NCBI GenBank assembly: GCA_015680685.1
Contig: MNCI01000737.1
Coordinates: forward strand, 601,198-665,197
Direction of reading: 5' to 3'
From: Gnetum montanum
Taxonomy: Eukaryota > Plantae > Gnetophyta
Length of the DNA: 64,000 nt
Shown: in pieces, positions 1 to 14,180 of the stretch
Layout of the letters: each line of letters opens with the position of its first letter
Numbering within the stretch: position 1 is the first letter of the stretch
The notes under the pieces: generated by a model
Told to the model about the DNA's origin: nothing
The model's input: only the letters and a program-made list of their open reading frames with translations
Databases searched by the model: none
Made by a program: the position numbers and the translations under genes

Positions 1-2147
1 ATAGTGCATAATATCTTTCTAAGGCCATGTCCAAGGGTTCATGTTGTGCTTGTTTCCATCCTTGGATTTGTTTCTTTTTCTACCCGCTTAATAAGCTCTT
101 GGATTTAATGGGTTCGTAGTTCGTATAGTTGACCTTAGGCATACATTCCTAAGGTCTCTCTTGTTTTATTACGTAGCCCATCAATGATATGGTACATTAA
201 CCTTTCCTCAGAAAACCCATGGCCTGGACAGTTGTTTAATAGTGCATAATATCTTTCTAAGGCCATGTCCAAGGGTTCATGTTGTGCTTGTTTCCATCCT
301 TGGATTTGTTTCCTCAAGGCTGACACTGTTGCGTAGGTTTAATATTTTTCATTAAAGACTTCTACCATCATTGACCAACGTCGTATTGAATTTGGTTTTA
401 ACAATCTATACCATATTTTTGCTTGGCCAACGAGTGTCATGGAAAAGAGCTTGAGTTTTTGCCAACCATTATCAATGTTGTTCCATGTGCAGGCATCGTA
501 TAAGGCTTGTAAATGTTGATGCGGATCTAAGTCATAGCCTCCTGAAAAATTGGAAAAGTTGTTTAAATCGAGCCTGGGTAGGCAGCTCTCTTTACGATGC
601 CTACGGGAGATTCGAACAGCCTCTTGTATTTACGTTAGGCTTGTAGTGGCTAGTAGGGGTTCATCATCACTAAGTAGGTTGTGAGTTTGTAAGTTGGGAT
701 GATGTTGCCTTCGTTTATGTTGGCATTCTTGATTTTCTTTGTGATCTCGATTTTTAGTTCTACACTGATCCCTTGAAAGATACTCATCCATGTCATAATC
801 TGACATTGAAGGAGTAGAGGAAGAAAAGGAACTGTAAAAGTCGTTATGACTTTTGTAAGTCTTCCAATCATCCCCAAGTATGTTCTTGTTAGTTATTGAA
901 ATGGTCCTAGGCCTTTCAGGCCTCCTCATTTTATGGGATGTCTCATCCACACTAGAGGTGTCAGAGTTGGATGACAAGAGTCTTTGAGTATCGTTGGGGT
1001 GTTCATAAACGTAGGGGACTCCTGCATAAGGTTGAGTACTCCAATCTTCATTGTCATCTAATTCGTTGGTTCTCCAATGAACTACCTCACCAGATGTGGC
1101 ATTATTATAGTCTTGTAGGAGAGGCATGGTTATGAAATTGTGTGTGAATTTATATGTGACTTTTTATAATTCACATGTGACTTTTTATAATGATTTCTTC
1201 CTAAAAGATATATCGTTAATTCCTATACAGCGACCTTGTATGATATAACTAATCTAGATAACTAGCACCGTCGTTGGCAATGACGCTAATGATGAGTGGC
1301 GAGGTACCCCTACGCTCAACCATACGAATACAAGCGTTACACGTTCAATCCGGTCGAACTCCGCAAATGGACTAGTTGTGGCATCTAGATAGTTAGCCTT
1401 AGGTCGCAGTTCACTGTCTTCCCACCTAGACTAGTATTGGCTTTTTCACGTATGGTTTAGTCCAAAGTGAGGTGTATGATGGGTTTCTAATCTAATGCTA
1501 CTCTTGAAGGCAATGGAAAGTAATATTGACTAAACTAAGAGAGAAGGGTAGGAAGGAATCTAAGTTAGCCTAAGTGCGATGAGCATCCGTTCCTTGATTA
1601 TCTGTACACATCTTGGACTTCGCACATGACTACTATTGGGATTACCAAGCGCAGATCCTAGGTACGCTACTGGGTTACCAAGTAGTCACACTTAAATGCT
1701 CATAATCAAGTTGTACTCATTCTGCGTTTTAACATAAGTTTAAGGGTGAGAAGAGATTAACTAGGAAAGTAGTAAATAACAATTAAATAATTAATTAAAC
1801 TAAGTGAATGCTGCAATGATGAAGTAATCTCGATCTTTATTATCGATCATGTGCATGTCCAAGTACATCACACTCAAATAAAGGATGTCGTACAATTACA
1901 ATCACCACACTGCAGGCATACACTGGGAAATATTCTAACTCTGGATTGATAAAACTGCAAGAGTCTAGCTAAGGGTCTAAATCTAAGTGCCTAAAACTGG
2001 GAAAGCTACCTCTTATTTATAGAAATTGAGGTAGGCTGTGATATCGCGTCAGCTGTGATTCCGTAGATGCAATATCCCAGGTGCAATATCGTGGGTGCGT
2101 TATCATGGGTGTGATATCGTGGCTGTCAGCAAATTCATGACTCATCA
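1..2147 (-). mobile_element. Athila-like Ty3/Gypsy LTR element, 5' part (LTR 1290-2147, degenerate PBS, decayed gag running off the window start)
   Basis: Reverse complement of 1290-1336 matches the LTR end at 56532-56578 (...GGGGTACCTCGCCACTCATCA). The LTR starts TGATG at 2147 and carries GATATC repeats. ORFs 630-1127 and 135-326 (DEPLLAT, QIQGWKQ..HEPLD.A..RYY, HIIDGLR..TR.TLG.YA) are homologous to the gag at 50.8-51.9 kb. Confidence 0.88.
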
Positions 2148-4598
2148 CTTAGGATGATGGTTAAGCTAGCATGGAACCCATAAGGATCTTCACACTTCTT
2201 TGGCCCTCAATTCTAAGAAAGAATACCTTCAAACAATCAACACAACATGCTTTCTTATACTCTCTCTCACTTGAAAGAAGCAACATCCTTGGAGCTTAAG
2301 TCTTTATCTATTTACTTTCCAAACATGGAGGCTACATTAAATATCGAGAATAACAGAACAACTAAAATTTCATTTCATAGTTGTAGATAAGAAGTCTCAA
2401 TGGTTAGGATTATTCAACTATAAAGCATGAATATTGAACGCAACTTAACATTCAATAAAGTTGTAGAGATGTTCATGTAACCTAGGTTAAGAAAGAAAAA
2501 GATTTGTCCCTTTTCATGCAAACTATACCAACCTTCTACCTAGAGTAAAATCTACTCACTTAACATGTGAACCAATTTTCTACCTCTAGCGGAGATACGA
2601 GCATGTAGAGTTGATCCTCTACATCCAATGGAAGATTACTTCATACCTTAGAGAAACCACTCCCTATGCTTAGTGGTAGCTTGACACTAGCATAATTAGA
2701 AATCTTTGAGACTTTAGCCTTATTGTGGCATCACCCAACTTCTTAATTCAGGAGGAAACAAACTAGTTCTCCACCCCTCAAAATCTATTTGCCTCAAATG
2801 CACTTTATGTCATCTAGCTTGTCTCACATATGCCTTTTTTTTTCTTTCCTATTTTACTTTTTTCTCTATTTACAAACAACACTATGATTGCTAAATACTA
2901 TGACTCCTATTAAGAGGTAGTAGCACCAAGCCAACCATCTCCATAGATCCACAAAGGTAAATCAATATGATTCTTTGCATAGAAGTTTGCAAATGAATGT
3001 TTTCTTTTGCCTTAGAATATGTTATTTGTCTGAGGTGTCCTCCTTTGAGAACATGCCTTGCTAGTGCATCCAAAACTTCACCTTTTAATCCAAAGCACAC
3101 CTAGTTATGTGCATGTTGACAATGAAATATATCCATTATCCTTTTATAATATCAATGTTTGGAGGACCTTGAGACCACATCTATGTTGGATTAGCACCTC
3201 TAGGATTAAACTTCTTCAACATGGAGACATGGAACGTTGGATGATACTTAGCCAAATACATTGAAAACTATAGCTTGTATGTGATTAGGTTATCATGAGC
3301 AACAACCTTGAATGCCCCAATCATAACACCTACAAAACTTCTAACTAGCATCCTTTTTCAATCTAATTTTCCTTGCATACTTCATTTTCAAGAGAGCTCA
3401 TTCACCAACTTGAAACTCCAATGGTCTATGCTTACTATTAGTATACTTTTTCATATACTAAATAGATTTTTCTAGGAAAAATCTAGCCACATGGTTTCTA
3501 TCCATTTAAGACTTTGCAAACTCATATGTTAAAATATTTTAACCTTGAAATTAGATTTTAAAGAGTTGAAGTACTATTGGTTGCATCCCTAAGGCCAACT
3601 CCACTAGAGAAAATTCCATGACATTAGACCTTTAAATATTGTAGTTGAATTGTATCACAAGCAACTATGTCATCCAACTGGTTATATCAAATTAGATAAA
3701 ATGTCACAAATACTCTTTCTAAACTTAATTTATGCATTTCGTTTAATCATTAGATTGGGGATGACACCCCAAAGACAACTATAACTTTGTCTTCATTATC
3801 TTGTTTAGAAATTTGTAAAAATCTCCTATGAAACAAGAGTCCCAGTCAAACATAATGCTAGTTCGTAAATCAAAGTATTGAACAACATGATGAAAGAATA
3901 ATGATGTCACATTGTCAACTATGCCAAGTGTTGGACACGAAACAAAAATGATATAGTTGAAAAACTTATCCATAACTACAAGGATGCTTTAAATCCTTAT
4001 ACAATGGGAAGTTTGGTAATAAAATCCATATAAATAGTTACCCATGGAAGCTCTAGAGTTCCAAGGAGTGGAACAAGCTCCCTAGTTTTCCATTGGAAAC
4101 TCTTGTCTTGTTGGCATACTAGATAGCTTTGCACATTAACTCCTAAATTTAGCCAATAGAAGTTGCACTCCATTATCGCTGCCCCAAATGGCCTACCAAG
4201 AGAGTGCTATGACATTCTTCAATGAGTTAAGAATATAAAGCATCCAAATCTAGAACATATATTCTTATTTTCTTGAACATGAGCAAGCTATCAACTTCAC
4301 TAAAATTTGAATTATTACCATCCTGGACTAGATTCAACAACTCTTGAGCATGATAATCATGATGCAATCCATCTCAAATTCTTTCCTAGAGTTCATGGTC
4401 AGTTATCGCCCAAGAGCTATTGGGCTAAGCCACAACTTTCATAGAACACATTTAAGGTTGATGGCTCAATGCATTAGCTACCAAATTTTCTCTTCCTGGT
4501 TGGTACACAAATTGAAGGTCAAACTCCTAGAGTAAACTAAACCATCACGCTTGCTTTGAACTCAACTTGGATTAGATAAGCAAGTATTTTGTGGTAGT

Positions 4599-7500
4599 TG
4601 ATGATACCTAATATGTCAGGTAACTTCTTCGATGCATCCCTATTAATGCATCCTCATCAATGCATCCCTGTTGATACATCCTCATCGATGCATCCTATTG
4701 ATGCAGCCAAATGCATTAATGCATCTCCATCAACACAATGCTAGTATTTGCCTACAAATATGCAAGCACCCACATGTATTTGGCACCATTTGGTCAATAG
4801 TGTAGCTGAACTCTTGTAGTTTAATTCAGTAGTCTTGGCAAGCAAGCAATGAGTGCTAATAGTGTGGATTTGAGTCAATTGTATGACATCTTATTCCAGT
4901 GGCATTATACCTAGACACATTTCATGAACGATAATAAGATTGAGATTGTTTTCTATTCATTGCAGCACTTTAACTTATAATAGATCTACTTTCAATGCAA
5001 TTTATTTTTTATGTTATTAGTTAGTATTTATGTTTTCATGCATGTTAATCAATTGGTGGAATGAGCACTATCAGTTTTAAACATAAACACATATTCGCTT
5101 GGTAATCCTAGAAGCGTTATTGCTTGGTTCACCTAGTAGCATAATACTTGGTAATTTTAGTAGTGGATACGTGAGGTCAAGATGTGTATGACAAGTTGGG
5201 AATAGGCACTCATCATCCTTAGGATAGTTTAGGATTTCATTTTATTATTAATTAGATTAATTAATTAATTTTTATGTTATTATTTAGTTAGTTTAAGAGC
5301 CACACAATATAATAATCATATGTCTTACTTTAGACTAAGTCATATATGACAAAGCTACCACTAGTCCAAGTGGGAAGACAACAACCTATAATCAATGCTT
5401 AACAATCTAGATATGATACTAGTTCCATCCATGGAATTTGATCAGATTGCATATGAACATTTGTGATTTATATGGTTGGGTGTAGGGGATACTCGTTATT
5501 CATCATTGGCATCGTTGCTTGGGATGGTACTAATAATCTAGACTAGTTATATTATAAACAATTGTTGCTAAAGTATTAATGATTTATCTTTTAGGAAAAA
5601 TTAATATTGTTGCTTTTCTTTTCTTCTCTTTTAGGATTGGTGATTGATCTATGGGAGCATTCTTTTGTCTTAAGGAAGCAGAATGGTATTAGAGTATCAA
5701 TGCAAAGTCACTGGAAGTGGTTGGTTTTAATTTGGACTAAGGATAGACTTTATCGAGTCATCTTAACCACATAATTCATAAGAGACTTCATGTGACCATA
5801 ATTCAAGACTCCATTCCACCTTCGCTTTCATCCACTGCTACTTCCCATAATTCACCTTGCTAACAATTTTTCATGGTTTCGTTCGATGTCTTAGTTTGAT
5901 GTGTTAAAATTCTTAGATAGATTCTTACAAGATTTAGTCCTTAACTTTCCATAACCATTAATCATCCATGGGATCCACAAACTCCTTGGTTTGAAGGCAT
6001 GCAAGAACACTAAGGGCATGAGCCTGCTATGAGGAGGATCCACTTGCATATCTCTTGGTTGGGTTGGTTAAGTTCTAACTCCCTTAGGTAGTTTTGCAAT
6101 CAAACCTTTTATGCGTCCCATCGGTGACATCGAATTGTGCACTCCTTCATAATGTTCTCTAATGAGAAACTCTTTTTTTTCGTGAATTATCTAAGCCTCT
6201 TCAAGCATTTTTGGCTCTCCAAGAACTTCAAGTTTGTGTTAAAACTCTTTATTTTTTCCTTATCTTTAATGTTGAAAAGTTTCAAAGTCCAAAACCTTCT
6301 AGAGCCCATAACTTTTAAGCTATTTGTTCAACTTACCTCATTTTTTAGTCCTATTACTACTAGAGGTAAGCTCTATGTCATGGAAACCACAAACCTTAGG
6401 TTTGTGGTAAAAAAATTTTGAAATTTCTCTCGCTCCCACAAGGATTTAATGAATAAAATAATATTAAAATCACTAATTTATGTAAGTTAAAACCCTTCCA
6501 ATGAACTCTGGCAATCACAGAAATCAAATAATATTAAAATAATCAATCTTCCATGATTACAACTTAGTCAAGTGTAACTACTCAAAGAGACAAGGTACCT
6601 AAACATTATAAGTTACACATCACAAACTAATTTTTGATTCTATTGTGATCATAGATGGCACCAAAAGGGATGTATGGACTGAAAGTGGGATTGTCCCAAT
6701 CAAGGGACAAGTAGCCTAGAGCTAGAAGGAGTTAATAACCTAAACAGCCCCAGGAGCAAGTAGCAAAATCCCATGCAATGGGACCTCTTTAGGACCATTT
6801 GATCTTCTCCCTTGTCTCTAAGCCATTTGAGGGGTTTGAACATCAATTTTTTTCAGAGTGTTTAATTTTGTTGTCATGAATACCAAATTTTGTAAAAAAA
6901 TTGTAAATCTGTACACTTGGGTACTTAGCGTCTATTTATTTGGTCTGAGTTAGTTTATGTGTCAATTAGTTAGTTAATAATCCCATACATTCCCAATATT
7001 TTGTAAAAACTTGTTCCTCCTTTTGTTCACTTGAGGATGAGTTTTCATCCAATTGTGAGGGTATAATGAATCATTCTTCATTAGCTACGCTATTAGGGCT
7101 CTAATATCATAGCACATGCTACATTATCAAATATCCAATATCCTGAGATGCATGTTTGCCTATAAATACAACACTTGAACACATGATCCAAACATTCCAT
7201 TCCTTAGTTGTTAGTGAAGCTCTTGCAATTTGTTTTCTCCAAAGTTAAAACATTTTGTAAGTGCTCGCAATAGGAGTTGGAAAGTGTACAGACCTTTATT
7301 CAAGCATTGATGTACCTGAGCACCTCAGTGTGAATGGTAATAAAGATGAGCTTTTCTGATCAAACCTTGTAGCACTTGGAATAGATTAATATTTCTTTAT
7401 GCATTTATTATTCATACACTTTACCTTAATGAATTTTAATTAAGTAATTAATATTGATTAAATAATGAACATAAGTATGACCACTTTGAACATACATTAC

Positions 7501-9020
7501 GCTTCGTAACCTAGTAGCATTGCAACGTGTTCAAAATGTGTACGAAAAGTGGGAACGAATGCTTATGTTAGGATTAGTTAAGTGTTAATAGTTATTATAT
7601 TAACTAGATTAATTAAATATTAAATTTACTTTGTTTTTAGAACTTAGGCAATTAAGCGATAAAAGATAAAATGATAAAACTCAGATGCTTCAGTTACACT
7701 TAACCATACACTTACACCTCATAAGTAGAACTAAGAAGACAACGATCATGATTGTTAAGGTTCGCTTCCTAGACCTAGTGCACTTAGAAAGCTAAAGTGT
7801 ACAAAACTCGACCAAATCGCTTAGTGAATGCTAGTGATTCATATGGTTGGGCGTAGGGTAATATTATGCTCCAATATCATAGCATATGTTACGTTATCGG
7901 ATATCCAATATCGTGGGATGCATGCCTACCTATAAATACATCACTTGAACACATGATCCATGCATTTCATTCCTTAGTTGTTAGTGAAGCTCTTGCAGTT
8001 TTGTTTCATAGTTTTAGCGATAAAGTGAATGCTAATAGTGTGGTGTTGAGCAGTTGTATAAGATCTTTATTCAAGTGAAGTGTACTTTGACACAATTCAT
8101 GTCTAAAACTAAAGATCGAGATTGCTTTTCATCATTCTAACATCCATTTAGTTTTACTATTTTACTTAGTATAGTTTTTACTATTTTCTTAGTTTAATCA
8201 TTTACATTTCCAAGTGCTTTACGTTCTTATTCATTAATAAAGTGGAATGAGTATGACTAATTTCAAGCATTTAAGTGTAATCATTTGGTAATCCCAGTAG
8301 CATTATAACTTGGTTCACCCAATAGCATAACACTTGGTAATCCAATAATGATTACATGAGCCCAAGACATGTACAATAAGCCAGGACAAGATGCTCATCG
8401 CTATAGGCTAAAGTAGATTTACCTTACAGTCATTACTTAGATTTAGATTGTTATTCTCAATTTTCATTATGTTTGTAACTAGGAGTATTAAAGGTCAAAC
8501 ATAATCAATTATCATATGCCTCACTTTGGACTAAACCATACATGACAAAGCTACCACTAGCTCAAGTGGAAAGACAACGTCCTATGAATAATGCTTAACA
8601 ATCTAAATGCCACAACTAGTCCCATCCATAGAATTCGACTGGATCATGCATGAATTTTTGTGATTCGTATGGTTGGGTGTCAAGCGTACTCATCACTCAT
8701 CAACAAGAAGTTGGAAATGAACACTCATCATCCTTAGGATAGTTTAGGATTTCATTTTATTATTAATTAGATTAATTAATTAATTTCTATGTTATTATTT
8801 AGTTAGTCTAAGAACCACATAACATCATAATCATATGCCTCACTTTGGACTAAACCATACATGAAAAAGCTACCACTAGTCCAAGTGGAAAGATAATGAC
8901 TTGTGATCAACGCTTAACAATCTAGATACCACACTAATTCCATCCATGGAATTCAACAAAATTACATGTGAATGCTTGTGATTCATATGGTTGGATATAG
9001 AGGATACCTAGATCTCATCA
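4599..9020 (+). mobile_element. Non-coding Athila-like LTR derivative (LARD-like) with stacked LTRs, nested in the Gypsy relic
   Basis: Termini TGATG(4599)...CATCA(9020) with TSD GTAGT at 4594-4598 and 9021-9025. 5' LTR 4599-5505; PBS TGGCATCGTTGCTTGGGA at 5507 (tRNA-Asp type); PPT region ~7050-7063 homologous to 55700-55726; LTR copies at 7064-7860, 7861-8702 and 8703-9020. No gag or pol recognised. Confidence 0.85.
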
Positions 9021-9739
9021 GTAGTATTATTTATTTTTACCACTACAAGACCATCTACAAGGTAGTATCATCATATGCACAAGCAAGGCATAATGGTGAA
9101 CATATCCTTTTTGTACATTAGCCACAACTATTTTTTGGAATTTAGCTTATTTGATTTGTATGCCATAGGATGGTTCTCTTGTAAGAGAACATCTCCAATT
9201 GTCTCATCTAAAGCATTGGTATGAACTTTAAATGGTTTATAGAATTAGGGAAGGGCCAACATATATTGAGTTGTGAGGGCTATTCTAATCTAATTAAAAG
9301 CTTTTTAGCACTTGTTATCCCACTTCTAGGAAATGTCATTCTTTTGCAAATTGGTTTGGACTAGAGTGACACTTGAGAATTCCCAGATAAACTTTTGGTA
9401 ATAGTTGGCCAATCCTAAGAATTTACACACCTCATCTACATTCTTTAGGATAGAACAATTGGAAATGACCTTTATTTTCTTTGGGTATGATTTTACCCTA
9501 CCTCCATCAATGATGTGATTGAGGAATTTCAATTTTATTTTCTTGAATTTCCATTTCTCTTATTTAAAATAGAATTTATTATTTTACAATTCGGATAACA
9601 CCATCTCCAAGTGGTGAAAATGCTCTTCCAAAGAGTAGTACACAAGGATGTCATTAATGTATACCACCATGAACTTATCAAGATACAACTAAAACACCTT
9701 GCTCATGAGTGTGCAAAATACAGTTGGAGAATTACATGG

Positions 9740-10723
9740 TGTAGAGCATGAGGCTATACAACCATACAATGGTTGTTTTCAATGCAAGACACAACTGATG
9801 GAGACTCCTTCCCACAACCAAGAATGAGATCTTAACTTACAAGTACATAAAAGATAAGAATACACAGGCCAATACACCATACATTGACCTTGGAGTTGCA
9901 ACCACATATGCAATCACTTAATGTGCTCTATCACACTCTTGCTAAGCTCTCCTTAACTCATGAGCTCTCACCAAGACATCTCTCCTGACATCTCATGAAA
10001 CTTGATGATGGTACAAGTATGAAAGTAACCAAAATTTATTGGCAAAGAGAAGACAAGATACCTAGAAATCTTTCTCTAACTCAACTTGTGGATCTTCAAT
10101 CATTTCCATATTTTTCCATCTTCTCCTAACTATTTCCAGAATTGAAACGAGTAATTTTGGAAGTTTCCCCACTTGTTTTGGTCATCTCTAATCTTCTTGA
10201 GATGTCTCCCTAAAAAACAGTGCGAGCAGATGGGATGTATCATCTTGGCCTAAGACATCTCTATCATGGCTGAGACATCTTAGCCTCACTTAGGATGTCT
10301 TAGTTAAGATGTCTCATCTTTATTAGAGACGTCTCCCTAGAAACCCCACAAATTTGCTAAAAGTGCCTCAAATTTACTAGAAGTGCTTCAAATTTGCCAA
10401 AAGTGCCACAAAAACTTGTCAAAACGTGTCTCAGATTTTTCAGAAGCACTTCAAGATGTTCCTAAAAGTATCTTCAAATAGCCTGAGCTTAACTGAGGCA
10501 TCTCATACTCTTGTGAGACGTGTCACCAAGGATTATTTTCAAACATCCCAGACATCTCTTAAAGTTTCTAGATGTTTCTAGAGCATCCCAGACTTCTCCT
10601 TTGACATCCCATGTCTTAAGTAAGATGTATCATTAGCCTTCAAGACATCTCCACAAAGTCCAAAACTTGCAAAAATACATATGTAGCAAAGAGAATAAGG
10701 AAATTAAAAGAGGTATCCTTACA
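9740..10723. mobile_element. Probable solo LTR inserted in the Gypsy RT
   Basis: TGTA...TACA termini. It splits the RT motif between the 'FGL' and 'NAP' equivalents and is rich in GACATCTC/GAGATGTC repeats. No clean TSD seen. Confidence 0.65.
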
Positions 10724-13508
10724 TTATCACAACCTAAATGACATGAATGTTAACTCGTATGAGCCATAATAAGTGACATATGTTATTTCCTCTTCATCTC
10801 CTTCTACGATACACACTTGATAGTAACCTCAGTGAAAATTGAGTTAAGAGAAAACTCATGTTCTTGCAAGTTGATTAAATAGGTCCAACACTAAAGCTAC
10901 CAAATACTAGCTCTTAATGATGCACTTACTAAACAATTTAAAATCGTAACATAGCCATAGCGTACTATCCTTTTTCTTTGCAAACAAAATTGGGGCTCCA
11001 TATGAAAATTTTGAGGATCTAATACAACCCTATTTCACTAGACTCACCAGTTACTTTTTTTAATTCTTCTAATTCGAAGATAGTCATTCTATATGAGCAC
11101 TATGTAGAAGGGATAGTTTTTGGCAACAACTTCATTTTGTGATTCATAACATGCAATTTAAGCATGTTGACATCAAGTTCTTATACCTATTTAGAATTTT
11201 TTTATCTACACATTCACCTAGGTAGAATCATCTACCTCCACCTTCCTCAAGACTACCAAGAACATCTACTGGATTGGATCCTAGGTGATTTTTTCATCAC
11301 CATCAAGGACACAATAGGGATATCTTGAAGTGTGTTAATTACTCCTGGATATCTTCATGTAGGATGATTCCTTATACAAAATGTATATAAAATCAATGTT
11401 AGGAGCAACCAATACCTATACTTTCTTTGAGAACTCTAATTTAAGAATGACTTGAAAAGAGTTAATATCCAAAACTAACAAGTCCACCTTTCAACTTTAT
11501 TGTGCAACCTTCACACATCCATTCCCTTTACCATCCTAGTGCATCTAACTGGGCTGAATTTAGATAACTTATAGGATGTTGAAGTTGACTCCACTTTCAA
11601 ATCAAGATGCAGTCAATTTTTTGCAATAAAAAATTATGACTAGTACCTATGTCAACTAGGGCATCCACCATCTTTAAGGAAAATTGCACTAGAATCATCT
11701 AGCCAAATGTAAATTAGTTTCTTGCTTTAAAAATTCTCTCTAAATATTCTATTGTATCATTGTTAGGCTTTACTTCCAAGGTCTCGATTTTCTATCCATC
11801 ATCATTAACCTTAGTTACCTACAAATGAGCCTGAGGTTGATAATTAAGAGGGTTTAACCATAAATTACCATTTGATCCACTTCTAGCCAACTGTTAATTC
11901 AGATTTTGAGGATAAACTTAGATAACATGATTTCCCAAGTAGACAAAGTATCTTACACTCAAACACCTTGGAGAATTGTTCAAGGGACCCCTAAAGTATG
12001 GTTGCTTGTCCTTGAACTTGTTTTGATTTTCAAGAGTCCAACGCTTCTCATTATCCTAGTAAGAAGCTGAGGAACCAACGGTAATGATAGGGTGCAAACC
12101 CCAAAAGCCATCATTGAAGTTCTTCCACCAAAACCATAAGATTTGCCACCGGACTCTTTGTCATTCTAAGGTGCTTTTATTTTGATCTTTTCCTATTTTT
12201 GAGATTTGGTATTGATCATCAAATCAGAAGCTAGTTTAATTACTTTCCTATAATCTATGTCTTGTGAGTTTTGATCTCCCGTTTGACTTAGGGTTTCAGG
12301 CTATTGATAAAGATCTAGTAATTTTTCACCTCATTAATATCAAGGACATACAACACCTGGTCCTAATACTCCCTGATAGAGTCTTCTAGCTTCCCTATTT
12401 ATTGGATTTCCTTCAACTTCATCCAAGCCTTGTTAGTTAAATTACCTAGGTAGAAGTTTTTAATGAGGGCCTCTTTGAAATCTTCCCATGTCTCAACTAT
12501 TATTTGAGTTATCCTAGATTGTATTTTCTGAATGACGCCGAGTCACCAAGTTTGTGTAACTCCTAAGAATTAGAAAGCAATGTTAACTTGAGTTTCGTCC
12601 AAGGACTCATGAACCTTTAAGAATCTTTTCGTTTTATGGAGGAATGTATTGATGAGTTTATCATCACAATCATCCTTGTAGACTTTTGGTTCCTTAACTT
12701 GGAACTTGGGGACAAGTTAACCAAACTTGAATGTAACAATTGGTCCTCTAGCTTCTTATTCTTTCCTTATAAGTTCATCAACTTAGCCCAGATGTCCTTC
12801 ATGGAGACTTGAATATCATCAACAATATTAGTAGAAGAAGGTATCTCAAATATTTACTCCCTAGTTTGTAAATCTGCATTATCAAAATTAAAAGAAATTT
12901 TTGCATTAATGGAAGAATTAGAAATCTTGACAGTAGTTGAAGAAATTAGAGGCAATTTAAAATCCCCCATAGGGGAACTCTAAGGAGATCAAATCTATTA
13001 AAGAAAAAATACAAAGAAAAAAATAAGATCCACAAGAAAAAAAGCCCAACAGTTTTAGAGATGCCTTTTTAAGTTTTTATCTTTACAACAAATATTGGAA
13101 AGCCTCTCCTTTAAGGTAGGAAAAGGATTAAGCCTTACCCCCTTTTAGAAACCCCCTCATGGGTTTTCACTTTTTACTAAAGGGTTTCTTATAAAAAGAA
13201 GGAAAACACTCTCTTTTTTAAAAAAAGAAATTAGATCTTTATAACCTAGTCTTACCCACTAGAATTGATCCCATAACTTGGAGTTACTAAATCAAGAGTC
13301 TTAAACTTTTTGCCTTTTTTCTTGTTGCTAGTTTTTTATTTCATTTACCCTTTTTTTTATTTGTTATTTTTTTTTTACTAATAATGTTTTTACTATTTCA
13401 AAAATCAAATTTTTTTTAATTTATTTATTTTTATTTTTCTTGATTTAATCCCTAAAAATAGGTGTTATACTTTTCCTAAAACTAGCCTTTTTGTTATCTA
13501 AAAGTAAT

Positions 13509-14180
13509 TGTTGGACATGTTAGATTCCAAAAATAATATTAATAATAAGTAAGAATTTATAGGACATCACATGCTTAACATGGAGTTAAAAACATGAATA
13601 ATATGGAAAGAAAAAACTTTCCAATCTTAAGGATGTCTATTCAAGTGTATAACATATAAATAATGCTTTGAGAAATCAAGAGAGGAAAATTAATTATTAG
13701 TAGAGATGATGTTCCTAGTCCTAACAACATTTTCGTCACTTTCAACATTTGTACTTGAAGTTAAAATAACAAAAGGAATTGAAATAACAATAGAAAGCTT
13801 TGATGAAATACCAACTTTTGTAGAAAAGAAAGATCCAATAGAAAATGATGGCTCAAAATTTCCATCACATTATCTATCATGATTGACATTACATCGAGAA
13901 TCTTTCTTATTACCTATAGCCCACTTGTCAACATAAGTTTTAATCTTTGTGTTAAGAATATACTTGTTAGATAAAGAAAATTTTGTCTTGCAAGCTATCT
14001 ATCCAAATTGATCAATACTTTTTGTAGTGCTTAGATAAAGAAAAAATTATCTTACAAACTATCTATCCAAACTTATCAATACTTTTTGTAGTACCCTTAA
14101 AAATATTAACATATGCTTCTATCTTCTCTAGTTTCTTTATTGTCATTTAATCATTCTTATCATTGACATTAACTTGATTT
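13509..14180. repeat. Dispersed repeat (degenerate TE fragment), second copy at ~45198-45760
   Basis: Collinear similarity with 45198-45760, e.g. CCAAAAATAATATTAATAAT, GTCCTAACAACATTT, TTTCTTTATTGTCATTT; starts TGTTGG. Confidence 0.6.

Larger units (their letters stand above)
3150..12800 (-). mobile_element. Degenerate Ty3/Gypsy (chromovirus-lineage-like) gag-pol relic, interrupted by two insertions
   Basis: Minus-strand remnants in Gypsy order: gag/protease ~11.5-12.8 kb; RT (YVTYYGSYELTFMSFRL | CNSPTVFCTLMS, VVYINDIL, FLGLANYYQKFI) 9.3-11.1 kb; RNase H end across 9025/4594 (KLSSKQA.W...EFD); integrase 3.6-4.2 kb (PWVTIYMDFITKLP, MDKFF..., SIMFDWDSCF); GPF/Y domain ~3.2-3.3 kb (HPTFHVSMLKKF). 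Many stops; outer boundaries approximate. Confidence 0.85.

Noticed and set aside
2891-3150. Chromodomain at the end of the Gypsy integrase
   Set aside because: Too decayed to identify diagnostic residues by eye.
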